32,000 bases of DNA from Cryptosporangium sp. NPDC051539. Lineage in GTDB: Bacteria; Actinomycetota; Actinomycetes; Mycobacteriales; Cryptosporangiaceae. Each line of letters begins with the position of its first letter. Within the stretch, counting starts at the first letter, position 1. The DNA lies in assembly GCF_044454545.1 (NCBI RefSeq), contig NZ_JBITDV010000002.1, positions 723,140-755,139 of the forward strand, read 5' to 3'. The position numbers and the translations under genes are program-made. Positions 24,367-31,507 of this stretch are shown here, in pieces. The notes beneath the pieces are model-generated. The model was given only the letters and a program-made list of their open reading frames with translations. It had not been told where the DNA came from and searched no databases.

Positions 24367-25388
24367 CCGGTCGTCGGGGAGGGCGGCCGGGGCCGGGCGG
24401 CGGTAGCGGTCCGGAGCAACTGTCCGACCAGTCCCCGCAGCTCTCGCAACGCGGCCGGGTCGTACCGTCGCCCGGCGGTGTCGACCACCTCGGTCACCCC
24501 GGCGAGCAGCTCCGCGGCCGTGACCGCGTCTCCGAGCTGAGCCAGCGCCTGTGCGGCGAGCCAGTCGCAGTACGGCCCCGGCGCTCCCGCCGTCCGCAGC
24601 TGCTCGACGAGTACCAGGCACACCTCGTCCATGCCGCCGGCCAGCACCAGCCGGGCCAGGAAGTCGGTGCCCTCGATCCACTGCGGTGTGCCCGGGAACT
24701 CCTCGCGCAGCACCTCGAACGTGTCCACGGCGTCCTGGTTGCGCCCCGCTCCGACCAGGCTGCGTCCGAGATCGAGCAGCGTGGTGGCCAGCACGCCGCG
24801 GTCGGCGGCCGGCCCGGCGGACAACAGCTCGTCCAGAGCCCGGTGGGCCAGGCCGACGTTGCGCTCGGACTTGGCCCGGCGGAGCTCCGGCGACGCGTAC
24901 CCCTCGTGGGTGAACCGGATCGCGGCGCGCGGCGCGGCCGCGAGCCGGGAGGACCCCACCAGCCGCTCGTGCACCCGCCCCTGCCAGGCCACCGTCCCGG
25001 CGCGGTAGAGGCGCCCCTCGGCGTGCGTGTACGGCGACTCGTCGTGCGCGTTGTCGATCTCCACCCGCAGCACGTCGGCGTCGGTGGCCCGCAACAGCGC
25101 GCGCAGGGCGTCCGGGTCGCCGGTGTAGCGCTGATCGGCGTCGATCGCGAGCACCCAGCCGGCCGTGCAGCCGCGGTGCGCGTCGTTGCGGGCCGCGGCG
25201 AAGTCGTCGTCCCAGAGGCCCCGGCTGACGCTCGCGCCGAGCTGTTCGGCCAGCACCGGCGTGCCGTCGACCGAGCCGGTGTCGTGCACGTGCACGGTGT
25301 CGGCCACCCCGTCGAGCGACGCCAGACAGCCGGGCAGCGTCTCCTTCTCGTTCCGCACGATCAGGACGGCCGTCAGCAAACCGGTCAT
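24363..25388 (-). CDS. Family 2 glycosyltransferase with a C-terminal TPR-like helical domain
   Basis: The N-terminus LTAVLIVRNEKETLPGCLASL...VHVHDTGSVDGT...AIDADQ is GT2 with a DxD-type motif. The C-terminal ~170 aa is Leu/Ala-rich and helical. The stop overlaps the convergent permease stop within the palindrome GCTAGC. Confidence 0.8.
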   Translation of the reverse strand: MTGLLTAVLIVRNEKETLPGCLASLDGVADTVHVHDTGSVDGTPVLAEQLGASVSRGLWDDDFAAARNDAHRGCTAGWVLAIDADQRYTGDPDALRALLRATDADVLRVEIDNAHDESPYTHAEGRLYRAGTVAWQGRVHERLVGSSRLAAAPRAAIRFTHEGYASPELRRAKSERNVGLAHRALDELLSAGPAADRGVLATTLLDLGRSLVGAGRNQDAVDTFEVLREEFPGTPQWIEGTDFLARLVLAGGMDEVCLVLVEQLRTAGAPGPYCDWLAAQALAQLGDAVTAAELLAGVTEVVDTAGRRYDPAALRELRGLVGQLLRTATAARPRPPSPTTG

Positions 25389-25444
25389 CCCCTGCTGTTC
25401 GGCCGCGGGAGCGCGGACCTGAACACTCGTGCCAGACTGACCGC

Positions 25445-26194
25445 ATGACCGGCGCCCTCGACCGTGGCCTCGGCATCCTGCAGCTGGTCGCGCGACACCG
25501 GCGGCTGCCGGTGGCCGCCATCGCCGACGCGCTCGGCCTGAGCCGCGCCACCGCCTACCGGCTGGTCGAGCGCTTGCGTGACGAGGGCTGGCTGATCAGC
25601 GAGGGCCACGGCGGCCCGGTGCGCCTCGGCCCGGCCGCCGCCCAGCTCGCCGCCGCCGCGATCGAGTCGGTCAACCTCCGTGACGTCGCGATCCCGGTGC
25701 TGCGTGAGCTCGTCGCCGAGACGGGGGAGACCGCGAACCTCGCCGTGCCGAACGGCACCGAGATGGTGTTCGTCGCCCGCGAACAGCCGCTGCGGACGGT
25801 GAGCGTGGCCGCGCACCCCGGCTCGACCCGCCCGTTCCACAACACGTCGCTCGGCCGCGCGTACCTGATGGCGCTGCGCCCGGCCCAGCTGGACGAGCTC
25901 CGGGTCGCCGCCGATCTCGCGGTCACTCCCGAGCTGGCCGCGAAACTCGAGGAGATGCGCGAACGGGGCTGGTCCGAGGACCGGCGGGAGTTCGACCCGT
26001 CGAGCTGCTGCTGCGGCGCCCCGATCCGCGATCACACCGGCGAGCCGGTCGCTGCGCTCAGCGTCGCCGGGGTCGCCGAGCGGATGGATCCGAGGATCGA
26101 CGAGGTCGGGCCCCGCGTCCGGGACGCGGCCGCCCGCATCTCGGCCAGCCTGGGCTTCCTCCCGCCGGTTCCGTCCGGGCGCCGGCAGAGTTAG
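25445..26194 (+). CDS. IclR family transcriptional regulator
   Basis: N-terminal winged HTH (LDRGLGILQLVARHRRLPVAAIADALGLSRATAYRLVERL) and a C-terminal IclR effector domain. 249 aa. Confidence 0.9.
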   Translation: MTGALDRGLGILQLVARHRRLPVAAIADALGLSRATAYRLVERLRDEGWLISEGHGGPVRLGPAAAQLAAAAIESVNLRDVAIPVLRELVAETGETANLAVPNGTEMVFVAREQPLRTVSVAAHPGSTRPFHNTSLGRAYLMALRPAQLDELRVAADLAVTPELAAKLEEMRERGWSEDRREFDPSSCCCGAPIRDHTGEPVAALSVAGVAERMDPRIDEVGPRVRDAAARISASLGFLPPVPSGRRQS

Positions 26195-26206
26195 AGTTCT
26201 CGAAAG

Positions 26207-26234
26207 AATGAGATCCTGTCTCATTAAATGAGAT
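26207..26234. promoter_or_regulatory. Candidate IclR operator: AATGAGA-N5-TCTCATT-N1-AATGAGA, overlapping perfect 7-bp inverted repeats in an AT-rich promoter
   Basis: AATGAGA at 26207-26213, TCTCATT at 26219-26225, AATGAGA at 26227-26233. AATGAGAT is a direct repeat 20 bp apart. The element lies between the iclR stop (26194) and ATG 26253, in the most AT-rich stretch of the window. Confidence 0.5.
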
Positions 26235-26252
26235 TTTGACGAAGGGCTCCGC

Positions 26253-27086
26253 ATGCGCCTCGCTCACGCCCGGACCGCCGACGGTGACGTCCCGGTCGTC
26301 CACCGGGACGGCCAGTGGTTCGACCTGCGTCCGTTGCACGCGGCCGTCACGCCCGCGGTGCTCGCTCCCGACGCGCTGGCCGCGATCCGGACCGCCGACC
26401 TTCCGGCGGTGGACGACCCGGCCGAGTTCGCGCCGCCGCTGACCGGCATCGGCAAGATCCTCTGCATCGGCCTCAACTACACCGACCACGCCGAAGAGAC
26501 CGGTGCGACGCCGCCCGCCGAGCCGATCCTGTTCATGAAGGCTCCCGACACGGTGGTGGGCGCCGGCGACGACGTGCTGATCCCGCGGACGTCGGTGAAG
26601 ACCGACTACGAGGTCGAGCTGGCGATCGTCATCGGCTCGACCGCGCGGTACCTCGACTCCGAGGAAGACGCCGTGAAGCACATCGCCGGCTACGCGATCA
26701 GCAACGACGTCAGCGAGCGCACGTTCCAGATCGAGCGCGGCGGCCAGTGGGACAAGGGCAAGAACTGCGAGACGTTCAACCCCTTCGGGCCCTGGATCGC
26801 GACCTCCGACGACGTCGCCGACCCCCAGGACCTCGAGCTGCGGCTCTGGGTCAACGGTGACCTGCGGCAGAACGGCAACACGAAGAACCAGATCTTCGGC
26901 GTCGCGCACGTCGTCCGGTACCTCAGCCAGTTCATGACGCTCTACCCCGGCGACGTCATCAACACCGGCACGCCCGCCGGGGTCGCGATGGGCCGCGCCG
27001 ACGGGGCGTTCCTGCGCGACGGCGACGTCGTCGAGATCGAGATCACCGGCCTCGGCCGGCAGCGCCAGACGTTCCGGCAGGCCTGA
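26253..27086 (+). CDS. Fumarylacetoacetate hydrolase (FAH) family protein (2,4-diketo-3-deoxy-sugar-acid hydrolase / 2-keto-4-pentenoate hydratase-like)
   Basis: KILCIGLNYTDHAEE...DYEVELAIVIG...GDVINTGTPAGV motifs of the FAH C-terminal domain. GAAGGG lies upstream of the ATG. Confidence 0.85.
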   Translation: MRLAHARTADGDVPVVHRDGQWFDLRPLHAAVTPAVLAPDALAAIRTADLPAVDDPAEFAPPLTGIGKILCIGLNYTDHAEETGATPPAEPILFMKAPDTVVGAGDDVLIPRTSVKTDYEVELAIVIGSTARYLDSEEDAVKHIAGYAISNDVSERTFQIERGGQWDKGKNCETFNPFGPWIATSDDVADPQDLELRLWVNGDLRQNGNTKNQIFGVAHVVRYLSQFMTLYPGDVINTGTPAGVAMGRADGAFLRDGDVVEIEITGLGRQRQTFRQA

Positions 27087-27087
27087 G

Positions 27088-27837
27088 ATGGCTGAGCTCT
27101 CGGGCCTGCGAGCCCTGGTGACCGGTGGTGCGTCCGGCATCGGCCTGGCGATCGTGACGGCCTTCCGGGCCGAAGGTGCTCAGGTCGCGGTCCTCGATCG
27201 GGCGGACACCGGCCCGGCCGACGTGGTCTACGTCCGTGCCGATCTGGCCGACGACGAGCAGGTACGTGCCGCCGTCGACACCGCCGTGGAGGCGCTCGGC
27301 GGGCTGGACGTGCTGGTGAACAACGCCGGCATCGGCGCCCAGGGCTCGGTCGAGCAGAGCACCGACGACGAGTGGCACCGGGTGCTCGACGTCAACGTGA
27401 TCGGTACCGCGCGGGTGTCGCGGGCGGCCTGGCCGTACCTGCGGGAGTCCGCGCACCCGGCGGTCGTCAACACCTCGTCGATCGCGGCCACCGCGGGATT
27501 GCCCGCCCGAGCGGTGTACTCGGCCAGCAAGGGTGCGGTATCAGCACTGACCCGGGCCATGGCGGCCGACGGGATGCCGGACGGGATCCGCGTCAACGCG
27601 GTGAACCCCGGTACCGCCGACACGCCCTGGGTCGGGCGCCTGCTCGACAGCGCGCCGGACCCGGACGCCGAGCGGGCCGCGCTGGAGGCCAGGCAGCCTC
27701 ACGGGCGCCTGGTCAGTGCGGACGAGATCGCCCAGGCCGCGGTGTACCTCGCGTCCCCCCGCGCCGGCTCCACCACCGGCACCGAGCTCGCCGTCGACGG
27801 TGGCATGCAGGCGCTCCGCCTGCGCCCCCGCCGCTGA
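27088..27837 (+). CDS. Short-chain dehydrogenase/reductase (SDR)
   Basis: TGGASGIGLA cofactor motif, NNAG, and catalytic YSASK. It starts 1 nt after the FAH stop. Confidence 0.9.
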   Translation: MAELSGLRALVTGGASGIGLAIVTAFRAEGAQVAVLDRADTGPADVVYVRADLADDEQVRAAVDTAVEALGGLDVLVNNAGIGAQGSVEQSTDDEWHRVLDVNVIGTARVSRAAWPYLRESAHPAVVNTSSIAATAGLPARAVYSASKGAVSALTRAMAADGMPDGIRVNAVNPGTADTPWVGRLLDSAPDPDAERAALEARQPHGRLVSADEIAQAAVYLASPRAGSTTGTELAVDGGMQALRLRPRR

Positions 27838-27956
27838 CCCGGTCCCGCCCGCCACGGCCTCGCCGAGCGCCGCCGGTCCGGGCGGGCTCCTCTATGGACG
27901 CCGGGCGCTCGGGACCGCCATGATGAGCGCGCGGTGGTTCCACAGAGGAGGGCCCG

Positions 27957-28484
27957 ATGCGAAAGTCTTTCCTTCGACCCGTTGTCGCCTTCGTGATGCT
28001 CGTAGCGGTCGCAATTTTCTCCGCCCCTTCGGCTGCCGACGCGGCGGCATCCAGCACCATTTGGGGGCTCTATCAGATCATCGGCACGCAGTCGAACAAA
28101 TGCATAGCTGACCCCAACGCGTCGCCCAACAACGGGGTGACGATGATCATCTGGCCCTGCCACGACCCGATGACCTCGGAACAGCAATTCTGGGCCGAAG
28201 ACCACGGCGGCAACGACTGGGAACTCTGGAACAACGGAAACGGTAAGTGCCTCACCGTTCTGAATGCCTCGACGGAGAACAACGCCCCCGTCATTCAGTA
28301 CGACTGCACGCTGGGCGCGAACGAAGTCTGGCGCATCAACGGCACCAACCACCGGATCGTCAACAAGAAGAGCGGCCTCTGCCTGACGGTCAAGAACGCC
28401 AGTACCGACAACGGAACGGCGCTGCTGCAATTCACCTGCAACGGCGGCGCCAATCAGGAGTGGACGTTCAGGTCAGCACCCTAG
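27957..28484 (+). CDS. Secreted ricin-type beta-trefoil lectin (CBM13-like), stand-alone
   Basis: Signal peptide MRKSFLRPVVAFVMLVAVAIFSAPSAADA. Three subdomains end in QxW-type motifs (QQFW, NEVW, NQEW) with conserved Cys. GAGGAGG RBS lies 6 nt upstream. G+C is ~59-60% against ~72% in the neighbouring genes (hand counts of 60-nt lines). Confidence 0.85.
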   Translation: MRKSFLRPVVAFVMLVAVAIFSAPSAADAAASSTIWGLYQIIGTQSNKCIADPNASPNNGVTMIIWPCHDPMTSEQQFWAEDHGGNDWELWNNGNGKCLTVLNASTENNAPVIQYDCTLGANEVWRINGTNHRIVNKKSGLCLTVKNASTDNGTALLQFTCNGGANQEWTFRSAP

Positions 28485-29299
28485 ATGCGGTAGGTAGCGG
28501 CCGCGGTCCCGCCGAAGATCGCGGCTCGCTCCTCCGCGGAAAGGTCGCCGACCAGCGTTTCGGCGGCGTCCACGACGTCGTCGTAGGACGCGGCGAGCAG
28601 GCACACGGGCCAGTCGGAACCGAACATCAGCCGGTCCGGGCCGAACGCCTCCAGCGCCACTTCGACGGCGGGACGCAGGTCGGCGACCGTCCAGGTGTCC
28701 CAGCGCGCCTCGGTGACCAGGCCGGAGAGCTTCGCCACCACGTTGGGCTCGGCGGCCAGTTCGCGCAGAGCGGCGGCCCACGCGTCCAGCGAACCGGTGG
28801 CGAGCGGCGGCTTCGAGAGGTGATCGAGCACGAACCGCACGTCCGGAAGGGCGCGTACGAGTTCGGTTGCGGCCGGTAGCTGCGGCGGCAGCGTCAGCAG
28901 GTCGTAAACGAGCCCGCGCTCGCCGACCGCCCGCACGCCGCGGACGACGTCGCGGCGGAGCAACCAGCGCCGGTCCGGCTCGGCCTGCACCAGGTGCCGG
29001 ACGCCGACCAGCCCCGCGGGCAGCGCGTCGAGCACGTCGCCCACGTCGGGCGAGGCCAGGTCGACCCAGCCGACCACCCCGGCGATCCGGTCGCTCGTGG
29101 CGGCCAGCGCGAGGAACTCGCGGGTCTCGTCGAGATCGGCCAGTACCTGGACGAGCACGGTCCGGTCGAAGCGCCTGGGCAGGTCCTGCGGCCAGAACGA
29201 CCGGTTGATCGGGCCCAGCGTCGACAGCCACTCCTGCGGCCGCCGGGCCAGGTCCCACAGATGGTGGTGAGCGTCGATCGTCACCGCGGTACCGTGCAC
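28481..29299 (-). CDS. Amidohydrolase-2 family protein (sugar-acid lactonase-like, e.g. L-fucono/L-rhamnono-lactonase type)
   Basis: The N-terminal IDAHHHLWD metal-binding motif, ~272 aa length and FGSDWPV near the C-terminus are typical of the family. GTG 29299 preceded by GGAGAG is preferred. The Arg-rich 53-codon extension to 29458 is rejected. Confidence 0.75.
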   Translation of the reverse strand: MHGTAVTIDAHHHLWDLARRPQEWLSTLGPINRSFWPQDLPRRFDRTVLVQVLADLDETREFLALAATSDRIAGVVGWVDLASPDVGDVLDALPAGLVGVRHLVQAEPDRRWLLRRDVVRGVRAVGERGLVYDLLTLPPQLPAATELVRALPDVRFVLDHLSKPPLATGSLDAWAAALRELAAEPNVVAKLSGLVTEARWDTWTVADLRPAVEVALEAFGPDRLMFGSDWPVCLLAASYDDVVDAAETLVGDLSAEERAAIFGGTAAATYRI

Positions 29300-29548
29300 G
29301 CGTCTCTCCGCCCAGAGCTCGTCGGAAATCGGGACGGTCGGCCCGGCCGGCACGTCCCGACCGATCCCACCGCCGGGGAACGGTACGCGTCCGGGAGCAC
29401 GGCCGCGAGCAACGGGACGCCGCGACCGTCCGGCCGACCCGCTGCTGCGCCGGGCCACCGCGGCCGCGGCGTCCGGCCGCGTTGCCCACTGTGGACGTGG
29501 TGGGCCATCCTGGTCCGGTACCTTTACGCCCCAACCGGAGGAAATTGA

Positions 29549-30781
29549 GTGACGGTCAGCGAGCTGGCGACGAGCTTCGATCCCTTAGGGGAGCACTACG
29601 ACGACCCGTATTCGTTCTACGCCGAGGCACGGCGGGACGAACCGGTCTTCTACTCGCCGCGCCTCGACGCCTGGGTGGTGACGCGCTTCGCCGACATCGA
29701 CGCGGTGATCAAGGACCCGGCGGTGTTCTCCTCGGTCAACAGCCTCCGGCCGATCCGGAGCCCGTACCCGGCGACGATCGCGGTGCTGATGAACGGGTAC
29801 CCGCAGACGCCCGACCACGTCACGTCCGACGGCGAGGCGCACCGCCGGATGCGGGTGCCCTACTCCAAGTACCTGACCACGCCCGGCCGGGTGAAGGCGC
29901 GCGAGGTCGCGATCCGGAAGCGGGCCGAAGACCTCATCGACTCGTTCGCCGGTGACGGCACCACCGACCTGGTCGAGCGGTACGCGGGGCCGCTCCCGGC
30001 CGAGACCGCCGCCGAGCTGTTCGGCTTCGCGCCCGAAGACGTCCCGCTGGCCGACGCCGGCAGCCGGTCGATGTTCTCGCTCGGCAGCGTCGACCTGGAC
30101 GAGGCGGAGGAGGAGCAGGTCGCCCACACGGTCCTCGCGTTCCAGAAGCTGCTGTCCGGCTACGCCCGCGACCGCCACGCCGAGCCGGCCGACGACCTGG
30201 TCAGCGCCGTCGTCACCGCGCTCGTACCGGGCCAGGAGCCGCTGACGTTCGAGCAGGAGTCCGAGCTGGTCGGCACGTTCGCCAGCACGTTCGGCGCCGC
30301 CCACATCACCACTGCCGACGGTATCGGCAGCGCACTCTGGCTGCTGCTCAGCGACCGCGAGCAGTGGGAGCTGCTGTGCCGGCAGCCCGAACTGGTGCCG
30401 TACGCGGTCGAGGAGGCCCTGCGCTTCGAGCCCCCGATCCCGGGCATGTTCCGCCGCACCACCCAGCCGGTCACGGTCGCGGGCGTCGACCTGCCGGAAG
30501 GCGCGGACGTCCTGCTCGCGTTCGCCTCGGCCAACCGCGACGAGGAGCGCTTCCCGGACGCCGACCGGTTCGACGTGACCCGCAAGCCGAGCCGCCACTT
30601 CGCGTTCGGCGCCGGTGTGCACACCTGCGTCGGTGCAGCGATGGCCCGCCTGCAGATGCGGATCGCGCTGCAGGCGCTGACCGAGCGCCTGCCCGGCGCG
30701 CGGATGGAAGCCGACCAGCACGTCGACGTGCGCAAGTCGATAAACATCCGCGGGCCGCTCGGCCTCCGGGCGAGCTGGTGA
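29549..30781 (+). CDS. Cytochrome P450
   Basis: Heme-binding FGAGVHTCVG (Cys codon 30626-30628), EEALRFEPP (ExxR), and I-helix FGAAHITTADG. GTG 29549 is preceded by GGAGGA at a 6-nt spacing. Confidence 0.9.
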   Translation: MTVSELATSFDPLGEHYDDPYSFYAEARRDEPVFYSPRLDAWVVTRFADIDAVIKDPAVFSSVNSLRPIRSPYPATIAVLMNGYPQTPDHVTSDGEAHRRMRVPYSKYLTTPGRVKAREVAIRKRAEDLIDSFAGDGTTDLVERYAGPLPAETAAELFGFAPEDVPLADAGSRSMFSLGSVDLDEAEEEQVAHTVLAFQKLLSGYARDRHAEPADDLVSAVVTALVPGQEPLTFEQESELVGTFASTFGAAHITTADGIGSALWLLLSDREQWELLCRQPELVPYAVEEALRFEPPIPGMFRRTTQPVTVAGVDLPEGADVLLAFASANRDEERFPDADRFDVTRKPSRHFAFGAGVHTCVGAAMARLQMRIALQALTERLPGARMEADQHVDVRKSINIRGPLGLRASW

Positions 30782-30792
30782 ACGTGCATCTG

Positions 30793-30845
30793 CGCAGGAC
30801 TCTGCGGTCGTAGACGTAGGTGTGGCAACCAGCCACGTGTCTACG
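30793..30845 (+). terminator. Two GC-rich hairpins between the P450 stop and the fasciclin gene. Possible U-tract-less terminator or operator.
   Basis: CGCAG-gact-CTGCG (30793-30806). CGTAGAC (30809-30815) pairs with GTCTACG (30839-30845), enclosing GTGGC-aacca-GCCAC (30822-30836). Confidence 0.3.
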
Positions 30846-30859
30846 GGAAGAAGTCAGCG

Positions 30860-31504
30860 ATGAAGCTCGTCCGACTCGGTACCCGGGCGGTCGCGGTAGC
30901 GGCCGCCGCTCTGCTCGCCTGTGGCGTCGCCGCCGCACCCGCCGCAGCGACCGGGACGCCGAAGGGCACCAAGTCCTTGGCCGCCGTACTCACCAGCGAC
31001 AAGAGCGGGTTCGATCACAACAGCAAGGACTTCGACATCGTCACCGCGGCCGTACTGGCCGTGCTCAAGGCCAAGCCGAAGAGCCCGGTCGGTGTGCTCA
31101 CCGACGGCACGAAGCCGGTCACCGCGTTCGTTCCGACCGACGGTGCGTTCCAGCGTCTGGCCGCCGAGCTGACCGGCACGCACCGCTGGCCGAGCGAGAG
31201 CCAGGCCTTCAAGACGGTCGCCGGGCTGGGCATCAACACGGTGGAGGCCGTGCTGCTCTACCACGTCGTGCCCGGCGCGACGATCGACAAGGCGGCCGCG
31301 CTCAGGTCCGACGGTGCCAAGCTGAAGACCGCCACCGGCGCGAAGATCACCGTCGACGTCTACTGGCACCACCGCTGCGTCCGCCTGATCGACGCCGACC
31401 GCAACGACCGCGACCCGCGCATCGTCGCGTTCGACGTCAACAAGGGCAACAAGCAGATCGCGCACGCGATCGACCGGGTCCTCCGCCCGTCCGACCTCCC
31501 CTGA
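30860..31504 (+). CDS. Secreted fasciclin (FAS1) domain protein, MPT70/MPT83-like. Possibly a lipoprotein.
   Basis: Signal peptide with a possible lipobox LLAC. FAS1 motifs TAFVPTDGAF, LLYHVVPG and IAHAIDRVLRP. Confidence 0.85.
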   Translation: MKLVRLGTRAVAVAAAALLACGVAAAPAAATGTPKGTKSLAAVLTSDKSGFDHNSKDFDIVTAAVLAVLKAKPKSPVGVLTDGTKPVTAFVPTDGAFQRLAAELTGTHRWPSESQAFKTVAGLGINTVEAVLLYHVVPGATIDKAAALRSDGAKLKTATGAKITVDVYWHHRCVRLIDADRNDRDPRIVAFDVNKGNKQIAHAIDRVLRPSDLP

Positions 31505-31507
31505 CGC

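Noticed and set aside
23752-25551. 599-aa minus-strand ORF covering the GT2 gene in another frame
   Set aside because: The translation is Arg/Ala/Gly-rich with no motifs. The 341-aa frame (24363-25388) contains the GT2 signature and is the credible gene.
27844-27886. Stem-loop CCCGCCCG...CGGGCGGG downstream of the SDR gene as an intrinsic terminator
   Set aside because: It has only an 8-bp stem with a 27-nt loop and no U-tract. In ~70% GC DNA such complementarity is expected by chance.
29300-29458. 53-codon N-terminal extension of the amidohydrolase ORF
   Set aside because: The sequence is Arg/Gly/Pro-rich and atypical for the family, whose members start a few residues before the HxH motif. 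GTG 29299 has a GGAGAG RBS.
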